A model generated the notes under the pieces. That model had not been told where the DNA came from. It saw only the letters and a program-made list of their open reading frames with translations, and made no database searches. Shown here one piece after another: positions 32,511 to 43,126 of a stretch of DNA of 64,000 bases. The translations under genes and the position numbers were made by a program. This stretch comes from Candidatus Omnitrophota bacterium (GTDB lineage Bacteria > Omnitrophota > Gorgyraeia > Zapsychrales > JANLHA01). The DNA lies in NCBI GenBank assembly GCA_020632535.1, contig JACKFJ010000001.1, positions 218,890-282,889 on the forward strand. Direction: 5' to 3'. The number at the start of each line of letters is the position of its first letter. Positions within the stretch are counted from its first letter, which is position 1.

Positions 32511-33749
32511 ATGCCGAGCAATTTGTTAAAGTGGCTTTATCCCGGCATGAGGATCAAAAGGTGGCTCTCAGTTGCCGCGATTGGAGTATTGATCGTAGGT
32601 TTCGGAGCGCTCGCCGCGGGATCTTCGTATGGAGTCGTCCGCTTGCTTGGCGTGATTATTCTCATATGTGGAATTAGCCTTATTGTCTTAGGGATTGGAA
32701 AACTGATTGTTTCATTTATCACCCTTTTTCTTCCTGAAGGCGAGAGGGAACTTGTAAATATTCTTTATGAAAAGCGTTTTTTGGAGCGCGGTCCGAAGAT
32801 TGTAACAGTAGGCGGTGGACATGGATTATCTAATCTTCTTCTTGGTTTAAAGGATTATTCGGCAAATTTGACCGCGATTGTCACCGTGGCGGATAGCGGT
32901 GGGTCTTCAGGACGTTTACGGGAAGAATTTAATATTGTTGCGCCGGGGGATATTCGTAATTGTTTAGTCGCCCTCGCTGACGCACCCAAATTGATGGGTG
33001 ATCTTTTTCAGTTTCGGTTTTCAAAGGATTCACAGCTGCAGGGTCACAATTTTGGTAATCTTTTTTTGACGGCCATGGTACAGGTCACAGGTGATTTTGA
33101 GAAGGCAGTCAAGGAATCCAGTAAGGTTTTAGCAATTCGTGGACAGGTTGTTCCTGCCACGATTAGTAATGTTCAGCTTGTCGCGGAATATGAAGATGGA
33201 AGTGTCGCGGAAGGTGAAGCTAAGATCCCACGTCCCGGTTTGCGTATTAATCGTGTTTTTTTAAGGCCGGAAAATCCACAGCCGACGCAAGATGCTTTAG
33301 ACGCTATTGAGCAGGCGGATGTGATTATTCTTGGGCCGGGCAGTTTGTATACCAGTGTCATCGCCAATTTGGTTATTAAGAAAATTAGCGACAGCATTGC
33401 GACATCCCGCGCATATAAAGTTTATGTGTGTAATGTCATGAGTCAACCGGGGGAAACAGATGGTTATTCGGCCAGCGAACATTTGGATGCGATCATTAAG
33501 CATTCGCGTCCGGATATTCTTAATGCCTGTTTAGTCAATGATGCTGAAGTTCCTCTTGAAGCACGAGGTCGTTATGAGGAGCAGGGATCTTTTCCAGTTG
33601 CTCCGGACATTGAAAAAATTACTGCAAGGGGCATTCAAGCCGTAGGCGCTGACTTATTGAGCGTTAATGATTATGTTCGTCATGATTCAGAAAAATTAAC
33701 ACGTGAACTCATTTTGTTGATTGAGAAAAATCGAGTTATTAAACGATAG
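32511..33749 (+). CDS. yvcK: YvcK/CofD-family gluconeogenesis-factor-like protein with an N-terminal membrane extension
   Basis: IVTVGGGHGLSNLLLGLK, TVADSGGSSGRLR, PGDIRNC and ILGPGSLYTS motifs of UPF0052/YvcK. They are preceded by about 90 aa containing two predicted TM helices. Confidence 0.8.
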   Translation: MPSNLLKWLYPGMRIKRWLSVAAIGVLIVGFGALAAGSSYGVVRLLGVIILICGISLIVLGIGKLIVSFITLFLPEGERELVNILYEKRFLERGPKIVTVGGGHGLSNLLLGLKDYSANLTAIVTVADSGGSSGRLREEFNIVAPGDIRNCLVALADAPKLMGDLFQFRFSKDSQLQGHNFGNLFLTAMVQVTGDFEKAVKESSKVLAIRGQVVPATISNVQLVAEYEDGSVAEGEAKIPRPGLRINRVFLRPENPQPTQDALDAIEQADVIILGPGSLYTSVIANLVIKKISDSIATSRAYKVYVCNVMSQPGETDGYSASEHLDAIIKHSRPDILNACLVNDAEVPLEARGRYEEQGSFPVAPDIEKITARGIQAVGADLLSVNDYVRHDSEKLTRELILLIEKNRVIKR

Positions 33750-33758
33750 AAATAAAAT

Positions 33759-34022
33759 ATGGCCCGTATCGAAAAAGAGATCCTTGTTAAAAATGCGCAA
33801 GGTTTGCATGCGCGACCGGCAGCTTTGTTTGTTCAGACTGCGGTTAAATTTGACTCAACATTGACGGTCAAGAAGGATGAAGAGTCTGTTAACGGCAAAT
33901 CGATTATGGGGCTATTGATGTTAGGAATTCAACAGAATACGAATATAACTCTAATTGCCGAGGGAGAAGACGCCGAAGCTCTTGTAGGTGAGCTGGAGGC
34001 ATTCTTAAGCAAAGATGAATGA
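33759..34022 (+). CDS. ptsH: Phosphocarrier protein HPr/NPr
   Basis: Active-site GLHARPAA (His15) and the regulatory-Ser context NGKSIMG. 87 aa. Confidence 0.9.
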   Translation: MARIEKEILVKNAQGLHARPAALFVQTAVKFDSTLTVKKDEESVNGKSIMGLLMLGIQQNTNITLIAEGEDAEALVGELEAFLSKDE

Positions 34023-35784
34023 ACTCGTTTTAAAAGGAGTTCCGGCCGCGCCAGGAATTGCTATCGGGTCAGCGTATATTGTTGACAAGCAAGATGTGAT
34101 TGTCCCGCCGCGCGCTATTCTTGAAAAAGAAATTCCGATTGAAATTGCCCGCTTTGAAGAAGCCCTGCTTAAAACTCGTGAACAAATTTCTGCTTTAAAG
34201 AGAAAAATTACAGACGAAATCGGTAGTCAACACGCTCAGATTTTTGACGCGCATCTTCTGGTTCTGGAAGATCGTATGCTCATTGAAGACGTCATTAAGA
34301 AAATTCGCCAAGACAAACAATCCGCGGAATATGTTTTTTCCAGTGTTTTTAAAAAATATGTCAAAGTTTTTGCGGACATACAAGATGAATATTTGCGTGA
34401 GCGTTCCAGTGACGTCAATGATATTGCCCGGCGTGTTTTAAAGAATCTTGTTGATGAGTCGAAGCATGCGCATGAGCTTGAAAATTTAAAGGAAGAACTC
34501 ATTATTATCGCGCATGATTTATCCCCATCAGACACGGCGAGCATGTTTAATCGTAATGTTTTGGCATTTGCGACTGACATTGGCGGGCGCACGTCGCACA
34601 CTGCGATTATGGCCAAGTCTTTAGGTCTTCCTGCCGTTGTTGGTTTGAAGGACGCGACTTTGCGGATTAGCAATCAAGACACGGTGATTGTCGATGGCCG
34701 TATGGGGTTGGTCATTATTCATCCCAGCGAAAAGACCTTGAGTCTTTATCGCGCTGAGAAAGATCGAATTGTTTTACTGCGCAATCGTTTTGATGACATT
34801 AAAGATCTTCCGGCGGAGACTAGCGATGGTCGCAAACTGCAGGTTTTGGCGAATTTGGAGCTTCCCGAGGAAATCCCGGCAATTTTGACACGTGGTGCAA
34901 CCGGTATAGGTCTATACCGTACTGAATATTTTTATATGAATCGTGTGGATCTTCCCGATGAAGAGGAACAGTTTGTCGCGTATAAGAAAGTTGTGCAAGA
35001 CATGGCGCCGCATCCTGTCACGATCCGTACACTTGATCTTGGCGGCGATAAATTTATTTCGAGTTTGCAGATTCCGCGTGATATGTATCCATTTCTGGGA
35101 TGGCGCGCGTTGAAGTTTTGTTTAGAGCGGCCTGATATTTTTAAAACGCAATTGCGGGCGATTCTGCGGGCATCGCATTTTGGTAAAATTCGCCTGATGT
35201 TTCCGATGGTTTCTGGGCCAGCGGAATTTCGTACTGTAAATAGTTTTTTAGGGCAAGTTAAAAATAATTTGCGTGATGAGAAAATTGCCTTTGATCACAA
35301 TATGGAAGTCGGCGTTATGATTGAAGTGCCGTCGGCTGCTATGACTACAGATATTCTCGCTAAAGAAGCTAAGTTCTTTAGCATCGGTACCAATGATCTC
35401 ATCCAATATACATTAGCTATTGATCGTGTGAATGAACAAACCGCGGCGTTTTATGAGCCTTGTCATCCAGCTGTTTTACGACTTATTCAAAGGACTATTG
35501 AGGCTGGGCATAAGGAAAACATTAAAGTCGGATTATGCGGAGAAATGTGCAGCGAACCTGTTTATGCATTACTGTTGTTAGGATTAGGACTTGATGAGTT
35601 TAGTATGTCGCCTGGTAATATTTTACAAATTAAAAAAGTCATTCGTAGCGTCAGTTATAAAGATGCGCAAGCGTTAGCGCAAAAGGCTTTAACTTTGACG
35701 ACCGGTCAAGAAGTTGAGGAGCTTTGCAGTCGACGATTGCAAGAATTGGCTCCCAAAATTTTTACTGATGACGGGACTTCGTAA
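34015..35784 (+). CDS. ptsI: Phosphoenolpyruvate-protein phosphotransferase (Enzyme I)
   Basis: GGRTSHTAIMA phospho-His block, GIGLYRTEY, SIGTNDLIQY, and the catalytic Cys context LCGEM. Confidence 0.93.
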   Translation: MNELVLKGVPAAPGIAIGSAYIVDKQDVIVPPRAILEKEIPIEIARFEEALLKTREQISALKRKITDEIGSQHAQIFDAHLLVLEDRMLIEDVIKKIRQDKQSAEYVFSSVFKKYVKVFADIQDEYLRERSSDVNDIARRVLKNLVDESKHAHELENLKEELIIIAHDLSPSDTASMFNRNVLAFATDIGGRTSHTAIMAKSLGLPAVVGLKDATLRISNQDTVIVDGRMGLVIIHPSEKTLSLYRAEKDRIVLLRNRFDDIKDLPAETSDGRKLQVLANLELPEEIPAILTRGATGIGLYRTEYFYMNRVDLPDEEEQFVAYKKVVQDMAPHPVTIRTLDLGGDKFISSLQIPRDMYPFLGWRALKFCLERPDIFKTQLRAILRASHFGKIRLMFPMVSGPAEFRTVNSFLGQVKNNLRDEKIAFDHNMEVGVMIEVPSAAMTTDILAKEAKFFSIGTNDLIQYTLAIDRVNEQTAAFYEPCHPAVLRLIQRTIEAGHKENIKVGLCGEMCSEPVYALLLLGLGLDEFSMSPGNILQIKKVIRSVSYKDAQALAQKALTLTTGQEVEELCSRRLQELAPKIFTDDGTS

Positions 35785-35795
35785 GGAAAGGACAT

Positions 35796-36536
35796 ATGAA
35801 AGTACTTATTTTAGCCGCCGGTTATGGCACGCGGCTTGCCTCGATCGCAGCTAACACACCTAAACCGCTTTTACCAGTCAACAATCGGCCGTTAATGAAT
35901 TATATTGTCGACAAATTGCCGGGATTACCCGGATTTAACGAGTTGTTGATTGTAAGCAATGCAAAATTTTACACGAATTTTGTGGAGTGGGCAAAAGGCA
36001 TGCAGGATAAATTTCCAGTTCCCATTCGTGTGGTTAATGACGGAACCACAGATCCGGAAAATCGCTTAGGATCTGTTGGAGATATCGATTTTACAATTAA
36101 AGAGCTAAACATCAGTGATGATCTTTTTGTTTTAGGTGGGGATAATCTTTTTGACTATCAACTCAATGATTTTGTGGCTTTCGCGTCAAAAAAGCGATCG
36201 GCTGTCACAATCGGACTTTATGACATTCATAATCTCAGTGAGGCTACAATGTATGGGGTTGTTGAGATTGATGCGCAAGGCAAGATGTTGTCATTTCATG
36301 AGAAGCCCGCTCAACCAAAGTCAACGTTAATTTCGATGTGTTGTTACTATTTTCCGAAGGAAACTTTGACTTACTTGTCTGATTATAAGAAAAATTCTGG
36401 AAAAATGGATAAAGCCGGTCAATATATTCAGTGGCTTAGCGAAGAAAAAGAGGTTTGCGGTTTTAAATTTTTTGGAAAATGGTATGATATCGGGAGTATT
36501 GAATCCTACAAAGACGCGCAAGAAAAGTTTAAGTGA
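35796..36536 (+). CDS. Sugar-phosphate nucleotidyltransferase (NTP_transferase family); sugar and nucleotide specificity unknown
   Basis: MKVLILAAGYGTRL...PKPLLPV N-terminal signature. 246 aa, short form. Confidence 0.8.
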   Translation: MKVLILAAGYGTRLASIAANTPKPLLPVNNRPLMNYIVDKLPGLPGFNELLIVSNAKFYTNFVEWAKGMQDKFPVPIRVVNDGTTDPENRLGSVGDIDFTIKELNISDDLFVLGGDNLFDYQLNDFVAFASKKRSAVTIGLYDIHNLSEATMYGVVEIDAQGKMLSFHEKPAQPKSTLISMCCYYFPKETLTYLSDYKKNSGKMDKAGQYIQWLSEEKEVCGFKFFGKWYDIGSIESYKDAQEKFK

Positions 36537-36608
36537 GCACGGACTTCATTTTTGACTCGTGTTCAATAATTTTATTAAAGCAAAGAACTGTGAAAGGATG
36601 GGCTACAA

Positions 36609-37811
36609 ATGAAAGGACAGTATTTTATTACATCAGAATCCGTCGGTAATGGACATCCTGATAAGGTTTGTGATCAGATTTCAGATGCGGTTCTTGATGC
36701 TGTTTTACGTGAAGATCCAAAGGGACGTGTGGCTTGTGAAACTTTTATTACCGCTGGCTTAGTCATTGTTGGAGGCGAAATTACCACGACAACGTATATT
36801 GATGTGCAAAATTTGGTTCGTAAAGTATTAAGGGGCATTGGATATACTGATATCAAATACGGGTTTAGCGCGGATACGTGCGCGATTCTAAACGCGATTA
36901 ACGCTCAGTCTCCGGATATTTCTCAAGGGGTTGATACCGGTGGGGCTGGGGATCAGGGAATTATGATTGGTTATGCTTGCGATGAAACGCCAGAACTTAT
37001 GCCACTGCCAATTATGCTTGCTCATAAATTGGTTCGTCGTGTTGAAGAAGTTCGAACCAAAGGGATTTTGGATTATTTAGGGCCGGATTGTAAAAGCCAA
37101 GTCACGGTTGAATACAAGGACGGCATTCCACAGCGGATTGACACGGTTGTTTTGGCCTGCCAGCATTTAGAAAAAATTCTTGATCAAACGGGCAAGAAAA
37201 TTACGGAAGATGCGAAGAAGGAAATTATTAAAGTTGTTGCCATGCCGATTGTTGGCAAGTTGGTGGATGCCAAAACCAAGTATTTTGTTAATGAAACCGG
37301 CAAGTTTGTCGTTGGTGGTCCGCAGTCTGATACCGGTGTTACCGGTCGCAAGATTATTGTTGATACGTACGGCGGGGTCGTGTCTCATGGTGGCGGGGCG
37401 TTTTCAGGCAAAGATCCAACCAAGGTTGATCGTTCTGCGACATATATGGCTCGGTATGTTGCTAAAAATATTGTTGCTGCCGGTTTAGCTAAACGTTGCT
37501 GGATTCAAATTGGTTACGCGATTGGTGTTGCTGAGCCAGTTAGCGTGATGGTCGATACGTTTGGGACTGGGAATGTTCCTGATGAAGAGTTGACTAAGCT
37601 AGCGCGGAAACATTTTGATATGACGCCGCGTGGCATTATTAAGGAATTGGATTTACAAAAACCAGTTTATCAAAAAACTGCGGCTTACGGTCACTTTGGC
37701 CGTGAAGAATTTGCTTGGGAAAAAACCAATAAGGCAGAAGCTCTTAGAAAATCTGGAAATCCATCTTCCGCGGGTGCTGCATCTAAAAAAAAAGATAAGG
37801 TTTTAGTTTAA
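36609..37811 (+). CDS. metK: S-adenosylmethionine synthetase
   Basis: [41 protein letters not shown]. Confidence 0.96.
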   Translation: MKGQYFITSESVGNGHPDKVCDQISDAVLDAVLREDPKGRVACETFITAGLVIVGGEITTTTYIDVQNLVRKVLRGIGYTDIKYGFSADTCAILNAINAQSPDISQGVDTGGAGDQGIMIGYACDETPELMPLPIMLAHKLVRRVEEVRTKGILDYLGPDCKSQVTVEYKDGIPQRIDTVVLACQHLEKILDQTGKKITEDAKKEIIKVVAMPIVGKLVDAKTKYFVNETGKFVVGGPQSDTGVTGRKIIVDTYGGVVSHGGGAFSGKDPTKVDRSATYMARYVAKNIVAAGLAKRCWIQIGYAIGVAEPVSVMVDTFGTGNVPDEELTKLARKHFDMTPRGIIKELDLQKPVYQKTAAYGHFGREEFAWEKTNKAEALRKSGNPSSAGAASKKKDKVLV

Positions 37812-37893
37812 TAATAGGGGAGAAAACATGCAAGACACACAAATTACCAGTGCGGCCAATCGGACCGCTAATTATACAAAAAAGGAAAGTCGC

Positions 37894-39150
37894 ATGAAGT
37901 GTGATGTGAAAGATATGAATTTGGCTAAAAAGGGAAAATTGCGCATCGAATGGGCATTTAAAGATATGCCCGTTTTATCTTTGATTGAGCAGCTTTTTAC
38001 AAAAGAAAAGCCATTAAAAGGTTTGCGTATCGCATGCTGTTTGCATGTCACGACGGAAACAGGGAACTTGGCGCGTGTTCTTAAGGCCGGTGGCGCGGAA
38101 GTTGCTGTGTGTGCGTCTAATCCATTGTCGACGCAAGATGACGTGGCTGCGTCACTTGTGCAAGATTACGGTATTCCAACATACGCGATTAAAGGAGAAG
38201 ATACCAAAACATATTATAAGCATTTGAATGCGGTTTTAGATTTTCAGCCGAATTTGACTATGGACGATGGTGCGGATCTTGTTTCAGAAATCCATCAAAA
38301 GCGTAAAGATCTTCTGAAGTATATTTATGCTGGAACTGAAGAAACAACGACAGGTGTCATTCGTTTAAAGAGTCTCGAAAAAAGCAATCTTTTGATGTAT
38401 CCAATCATCGCTGTTAATGATGCTTTAACAAAGCATTTTTTTGATAACCGTTATGGGACAGGTCAATCAACGATTGATGGCATGATTCGTGCGACAAATC
38501 GTTTGATTGCTGGTTCCAGTTTTGTTGTTTGCGGTTATGGTTGGTGTGGACGCGGTGTTGCCATGCGTGCGGCCGGACTCGGTGGGCGTGTTATTGTCAC
38601 TGAAGTTGATCCTTTGAAAGCTCTAGAGGCCGTCATGGATGGATATGATGTTATGCCGATTAAAGACGCGGCAAAAATCGGCGATTTTTTTGTTACCGTA
38701 ACCGGTGACATCAATGTGATTCGCGCAGAGCATATGGCGACGATGAAGGAAGGGGCTATTTTATGTAATTCCGGCCACTTTAACGCTGAATTGGATATTG
38801 ATGGTCTTAAAGCAATTACCAAGTCTCGTCGTTTGATTCGTGATTATGTTGAAGAATATAGTCTTAAAAATGGAAAGAATATTTATCTTCTTGGGGATGG
38901 TCGTTTAATCAATCTTGCCGCGGCTGAAGGTCATCCTGCTTCGGTTATGGATATGAGTTTTGCCAATCAAGCTTTGGCGTCGGAATTTGTTGCGAAAAAC
39001 TATAAGAAGCTTCAGAAAAAAGTTTATAGTGTGCCGGAAGATATTGATCAGAATATCGCCCGCCTTAAGCTCAAAGCTTTAGGTATTAAAATTGATGTTT
39101 TGACTCCAGAACAGAAGAAGTATCTTTCCAGTTGGGAAATGGGAACATAG
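37894..39150 (+). CDS. ahcY: Adenosylhomocysteinase
   Basis: Full-length AhcY similarity ([17 protein letters not shown] site [16 protein letters not shown]). ATG at 37894 follows AAGGAAAG and matches homolog N-termini. The track start at 37828 adds 22 non-conserved residues. Confidence 0.93.
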   Translation: MKCDVKDMNLAKKGKLRIEWAFKDMPVLSLIEQLFTKEKPLKGLRIACCLHVTTETGNLARVLKAGGAEVAVCASNPLSTQDDVAASLVQDYGIPTYAIKGEDTKTYYKHLNAVLDFQPNLTMDDGADLVSEIHQKRKDLLKYIYAGTEETTTGVIRLKSLEKSNLLMYPIIAVNDALTKHFFDNRYGTGQSTIDGMIRATNRLIAGSSFVVCGYGWCGRGVAMRAAGLGGRVIVTEVDPLKALEAVMDGYDVMPIKDAAKIGDFFVTVTGDINVIRAEHMATMKEGAILCNSGHFNAELDIDGLKAITKSRRLIRDYVEEYSLKNGKNIYLLGDGRLINLAAAEGHPASVMDMSFANQALASEFVAKNYKKLQKKVYSVPEDIDQNIARLKLKALGIKIDVLTPEQKKYLSSWEMGT

Positions 39151-39230
39151 TAATATGTAACTTTTTCCTCTAACGACGTTTAATAGAGGAGCGATCAATC
39201 TACAAACGTAAATAATTTGAGGAGAAAGTT

Positions 39231-40931
39231 ATGAAAACATTGTGTCGCAGTTTTGTTTTTGGTTTATTCTTCGTGAGTGTTGTTTCTTCCGCTTTTGCGG
39301 AAACATTCGAATCTCCCTCAACAATTACCGCAGTTACAGTTTATCCTGGCGCCGCTCATTTGACCCGTACGATTATTATGGATCTTCCTGTTGGTAATCA
39401 TACTTTAGTGTTTGACAAAATTTCGCCTCCACTGGATGAAAACACGCTTTCAGTTTCCGGTCAAGGTAGTGCCAATGTCAAAATTTATGGTGGATACATT
39501 AAGCAGGAGTTTTTGAAAAAGTCTCCAAATCAGCGTGTTTCTGAAATCGAAAGTAAAATCCAAGAACTTGATGATCAAACAATTGAGCGAAATGGGTATT
39601 CTCAGGTTTTGGAGCAAAAGCGGGAGTATTTGAATTCGATTAAACTTTTTGCCGGAGGTCAATTGCCTAAGGATTTGATAACGACGATGCCAAGTGTTGA
39701 GAATTTAAAAGGAGTCGGTAATTTATTGGCTGATGAATTGGCCGCGCTTGAAAAACAAAAAAATGATATTCGTATCAAGTTGCGTGAGATTGCGAAAGAG
39801 CGTTTGGCTTTAGTTCAAGAACTTAATAATACGAATGCGAATACTCAGAATATTGAACGTCGTTTAGCAGTTGATGTCGAATGTACTAAGGCAGGAAAAT
39901 TTACTTTAAATGCGTCATATTTAATCAATGGCGCCTATTGGCGTCCGCTTTATGATGCTCGAACCAATATGGCTAAGTCGGATGTTGAATTAACTTCTTT
40001 TGGTGTTGTCAAACAAATGACCGGTGAAGATTGGCATGATGTCAATCTTACGCTTTCAACGGCAAAACCAAATGTGGGTGGACGCATGCCCTATGTGAGC
40101 CCTTGGGTTGTCCAAGCCTATCAACCGATGATGAAGAATAAAGGCAATGCCGTGGCAGGATTTGGGGGACGATTAAGGTCAGAGGCGGATGGAATCGGTG
40201 AACAGTATGCGCCAATGAGTGCCGATAAAAGTGAGCTTCATGAAGCTCGCAAAGATATGCCGGCGCAAATGGCATATTCGGCTGTCGCGAAGAATGGTTT
40301 ATCCGTGACATATAAAATTGCCCGGCCGATTTCGTTAAAGTCAGATGGTACCGAAAATAAATTTCCGATCGCGACACAAACCTTAAAGGCTGAGTTTCAA
40401 TATTCCGCTAATCCCAAAGAGGCCGCACAGTCCTATCTTAACAGCGATGTTATCAATTCTTCTGATCTTCAGCTGTTGGCTGGACAAGTCAATTTGTTCT
40501 TAGAAGGTGACTTCGTTGGTAAATCCAATATTGAGAATGTTGGTCCGGGTGAGAAGTTTAGTTTATATCTTGGCGTCAATGAAAATGTTAAAGTTAAGCG
40601 TGAGCAGATTGAGAAAAAAGTAAATGATATTCTCATTGCGGGTATTCCGTCCGCGAATCGTACGACTACGATCAAAATGAAGGTCACGATTGAGAATTAT
40701 GAAAACCGTCCTATTAAGTACAACCTTTTTGAATCTCTACCTGTTGCCCAAAATGAAAAGCAAATTAACGTCAAAGTTTCTGACGTGAATCCACAACCAA
40801 CAAAGAAAGATTGGGAAGATCGCAAAGGCGTTTGGCAATGGGTTCTTGATCTTGAACCAAAGGCTAAAAAGGAAGTTTTTTATACCTTTAGCGTTGAGCA
40901 TCCGCGCGATATGCAAGTGGAGGGACTATGA
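39231..40931 (+). CDS. DUF4139/DUF4140 (MuiA-like) secreted protein, function unknown
   Basis: Signal peptide, an N-terminal VTVYPGAAHLTRT block, a central coiled coil, and a C-terminal beta-rich domain, as recalled for the DUF4140-DUF4139 family. Confidence 0.65.
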   Translation: MKTLCRSFVFGLFFVSVVSSAFAETFESPSTITAVTVYPGAAHLTRTIIMDLPVGNHTLVFDKISPPLDENTLSVSGQGSANVKIYGGYIKQEFLKKSPNQRVSEIESKIQELDDQTIERNGYSQVLEQKREYLNSIKLFAGGQLPKDLITTMPSVENLKGVGNLLADELAALEKQKNDIRIKLREIAKERLALVQELNNTNANTQNIERRLAVDVECTKAGKFTLNASYLINGAYWRPLYDARTNMAKSDVELTSFGVVKQMTGEDWHDVNLTLSTAKPNVGGRMPYVSPWVVQAYQPMMKNKGNAVAGFGGRLRSEADGIGEQYAPMSADKSELHEARKDMPAQMAYSAVAKNGLSVTYKIARPISLKSDGTENKFPIATQTLKAEFQYSANPKEAAQSYLNSDVINSSDLQLLAGQVNLFLEGDFVGKSNIENVGPGEKFSLYLGVNENVKVKREQIEKKVNDILIAGIPSANRTTTIKMKVTIENYENRPIKYNLFESLPVAQNEKQINVKVSDVNPQPTKKDWEDRKGVWQWVLDLEPKAKKEVFYTFSVEHPRDMQVEGL

Positions 40932-41893
40932 GTATTAAAAAAATTGGTGTTTTAACGTCGGGTGGCGATGGCCCGGGGATGAATGCCGCGGTTCGTAGTG
41001 TTGCGCGGTCTGCACTTTCATCAGGGTTAAAGGTTGCTGGTATTATTCGTGGTTATCAAGGATTAATTGACAATAATGTCGTTGAAATGAATCATCGCGC
41101 AGTTTCAAATATCATTAATCGTGGCGGCACGATACTCAAAACAGCGCGTTCGGAAAAGTTTCGCACTCCCGAAGGGAAAGCGATTGCACTTAATACTTTA
41201 CAGAAGCACAATATTGATGCGCTCGTTGTCATTGGTGGAGATGGGACATATCGCGGCGCTGTGGATTTTAACAATCAGTTTCCTTTCCCGATTGTTGGTA
41301 TTCCCGGTTCGATTGATAATGATATTGTTGGAACTGATGAAACGATTGGATGTGAGACAGCCATAAATACGGCTTTGGGCGCAATTGATAATATTCGCGA
41401 TACAGCCCAAAGTATGGAACGAATTTTTATTGTTGAAGTGATGGGGAATAGATCAGGGTATATTGCTTTACGTGTTGCTTTGGCTTCGGGCGCGGAAGAT
41501 GCGATCATTCCGGAAAAGACATTTGATTATCGCGCTTTGAATAAAGAAATTGAAGAAGGAACAAAGAAGGGAAAGATCAGTTGGATTATTGTAACAGCCG
41601 AAGGTGCAGCGAAAGCCCCGGAAGTCGCTAAAACTGTTTCGATGACAACGGGATTAGAGACACGATTTGCTGTTTTAGGACATATTCAGCGCGGTGGTTG
41701 CCCTGTTGCAGCAGATCGAATTTTGGCCACGCGTTTGGGTGCGGCAGCGGTTGATCTTCTTCACAAGGGTGAGTCTGGTAAAGCTGTGGGTGTTATTCAT
41801 GAAGAAATTACGGTTACCGATTTGCGCGATGCGGTAAAGCGTCCAGATTCCCGTACGGAAGAGTACATTAATTTGATGAAAAAGTTGATGTAA
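40928..41893 (+). CDS. pfkA: 6-phosphofructokinase
   Basis: IGVLTSGGDGPGMNAA, VIGGDGTYRGA, PGSIDND, LGHIQRGG. ATGA overlap with the upstream gene. Confidence 0.9.
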   Translation: MSIKKIGVLTSGGDGPGMNAAVRSVARSALSSGLKVAGIIRGYQGLIDNNVVEMNHRAVSNIINRGGTILKTARSEKFRTPEGKAIALNTLQKHNIDALVVIGGDGTYRGAVDFNNQFPFPIVGIPGSIDNDIVGTDETIGCETAINTALGAIDNIRDTAQSMERIFIVEVMGNRSGYIALRVALASGAEDAIIPEKTFDYRALNKEIEEGTKKGKISWIIVTAEGAAKAPEVAKTVSMTTGLETRFAVLGHIQRGGCPVAADRILATRLGAAAVDLLHKGESGKAVGVIHEEITVTDLRDAVKRPDSRTEEYINLMKKLM

Positions 41894-42023
41894 TCCGTTT
41901 CCCCGTATTTTTCCTCGAATTCTCAATGAATTAATTTTGTTTAATTTTAAAACTTTATGTTAAAATGTTGGGAATTTTCTATTGAATCCCGTTTAATGGG
42001 ACATAAAACGAAGGGGTATTGAA

Positions 42024-43016
42024 ATGACAAAGATTTATTATGACAAAGATGCAAATCTTGATGATTTGAAAAATCGCACAATTGCCATTGTCGGCTATGG
42101 AATTCAAGGTCGTGGGCAGGCGCTTAATTTACGCGACAGTGGATTAAATGTCATTATTGCTCAGCGTCCGGGTGGACCCAATTATGATCAGGCGGTTAAG
42201 GATGGGTTTAAACCAGTGGATGTTGAAACTGCCGCCAAGCAAGCCGATATTATTCAAATTCTGACACAAGACCATTTGCAGGCTGAGATTTATAAGAATT
42301 CGATTAAGAAGTATATGAAAAAAGGCAAAACGATTGCTTTTTCACATGGATTCAATATTCATTTTAAACAGATCAAACCGTCTAAAAATATTGATGTTTG
42401 GATGATCGCGCCGAAAGGTCCGGGTTCACTCGTCCGTCGACAATATGAAGAAGGTAAAGGTGTGCCATGTTTAGTCGCAATTTATCAGGACGCATCTGGA
42501 CATGCTTTAAAAGATGCTTTAGCGTATGCCAAAGGGTTGGGTGGAACACGCGCCGGTGTTTTGGAAACTACATTTAAAGAAGAAACAGAAACCGATCTTT
42601 TTGGTGAGCAGTCGGTTCTTTGTGGTGGCGCAAGTGAATTGGTTAAAGCAGGATTTGAAACATTGACCAATGCCGGATATCAGCCCGAAATTGCTTACTT
42701 CGAATGTTTGCATGAACTTAAGTTGATTGTTGATTTGATGTATGAAGGTGGAATTACGGGTATGCGCAAACGAGTTTCTGATACAGCCGAATACGGCGAT
42801 GTGACTCGCGGCAAACGCGTGGTCAATGAACGCACCCGCAAGGAAATGCAGAAAATCTTAAAGGAAATCCAGAGCGGTAAATTTGCCCGCGAATGGATGG
42901 CTGAAAATAAAAATGGCCGTCCGAATTTTACGAAAATGCGCGCCGAAGGAGAGAACCATCCGATAGAAAAAGTTGGCGAAAAACTTCGCGGCCTGATGTC
43001 TTGGATGAAAAAGTAA
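42024..43016 (+). CDS. ilvC: Ketol-acid reductoisomerase (class I)
   Basis: [42 protein letters not shown]. Confidence 0.95.
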   Translation: MTKIYYDKDANLDDLKNRTIAIVGYGIQGRGQALNLRDSGLNVIIAQRPGGPNYDQAVKDGFKPVDVETAAKQADIIQILTQDHLQAEIYKNSIKKYMKKGKTIAFSHGFNIHFKQIKPSKNIDVWMIAPKGPGSLVRRQYEEGKGVPCLVAIYQDASGHALKDALAYAKGLGGTRAGVLETTFKEETETDLFGEQSVLCGGASELVKAGFETLTNAGYQPEIAYFECLHELKLIVDLMYEGGITGMRKRVSDTAEYGDVTRGKRVVNERTRKEMQKILKEIQSGKFAREWMAENKNGRPNFTKMRAEGENHPIEKVGEKLRGLMSWMKK

Positions 43017-43030
43017 TATTATTATAAGTT

Positions 43031-43114
43031 CGATCTGAATAAACCTGACGGCGAATTGGACGTAGACCTGCGAAGCAGAGATCGTCCATTGAGCCGGAGG
43101 GTTTATTCAGATCG
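43031..43114. repeat. 84-bp hairpin element with perfect 15-bp terminal inverted repeats, between ilvC and leuA
   Basis: cgatctgaataaacc (43031-43045) is the exact reverse complement of ggtttattcagatcg (43100-43114). The interior is imperfectly self-complementary (ggacg/cgtcc). Confidence 0.85.
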
Positions 43115-43126
43115 GACGAAAAGATT

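Noticed and set aside
36537-36608. SAM riboswitch upstream of metK.
   Set aside because: The intergenic gap is 72 nt, too short for a SAM-I-type aptamer plus expression platform. Only a 7-bp hairpin overlapping the upstream stop codon is visible.
43017-43126. T-box riboswitch or leucine leader-peptide attenuator upstream of leuA.
   Set aside because: The gap is only 110 nt, with no ATG-initiated mini-ORF, no recognisable T-box sequence and no U-tract terminator. It is kept only as a hairpin/MITE-like finding.
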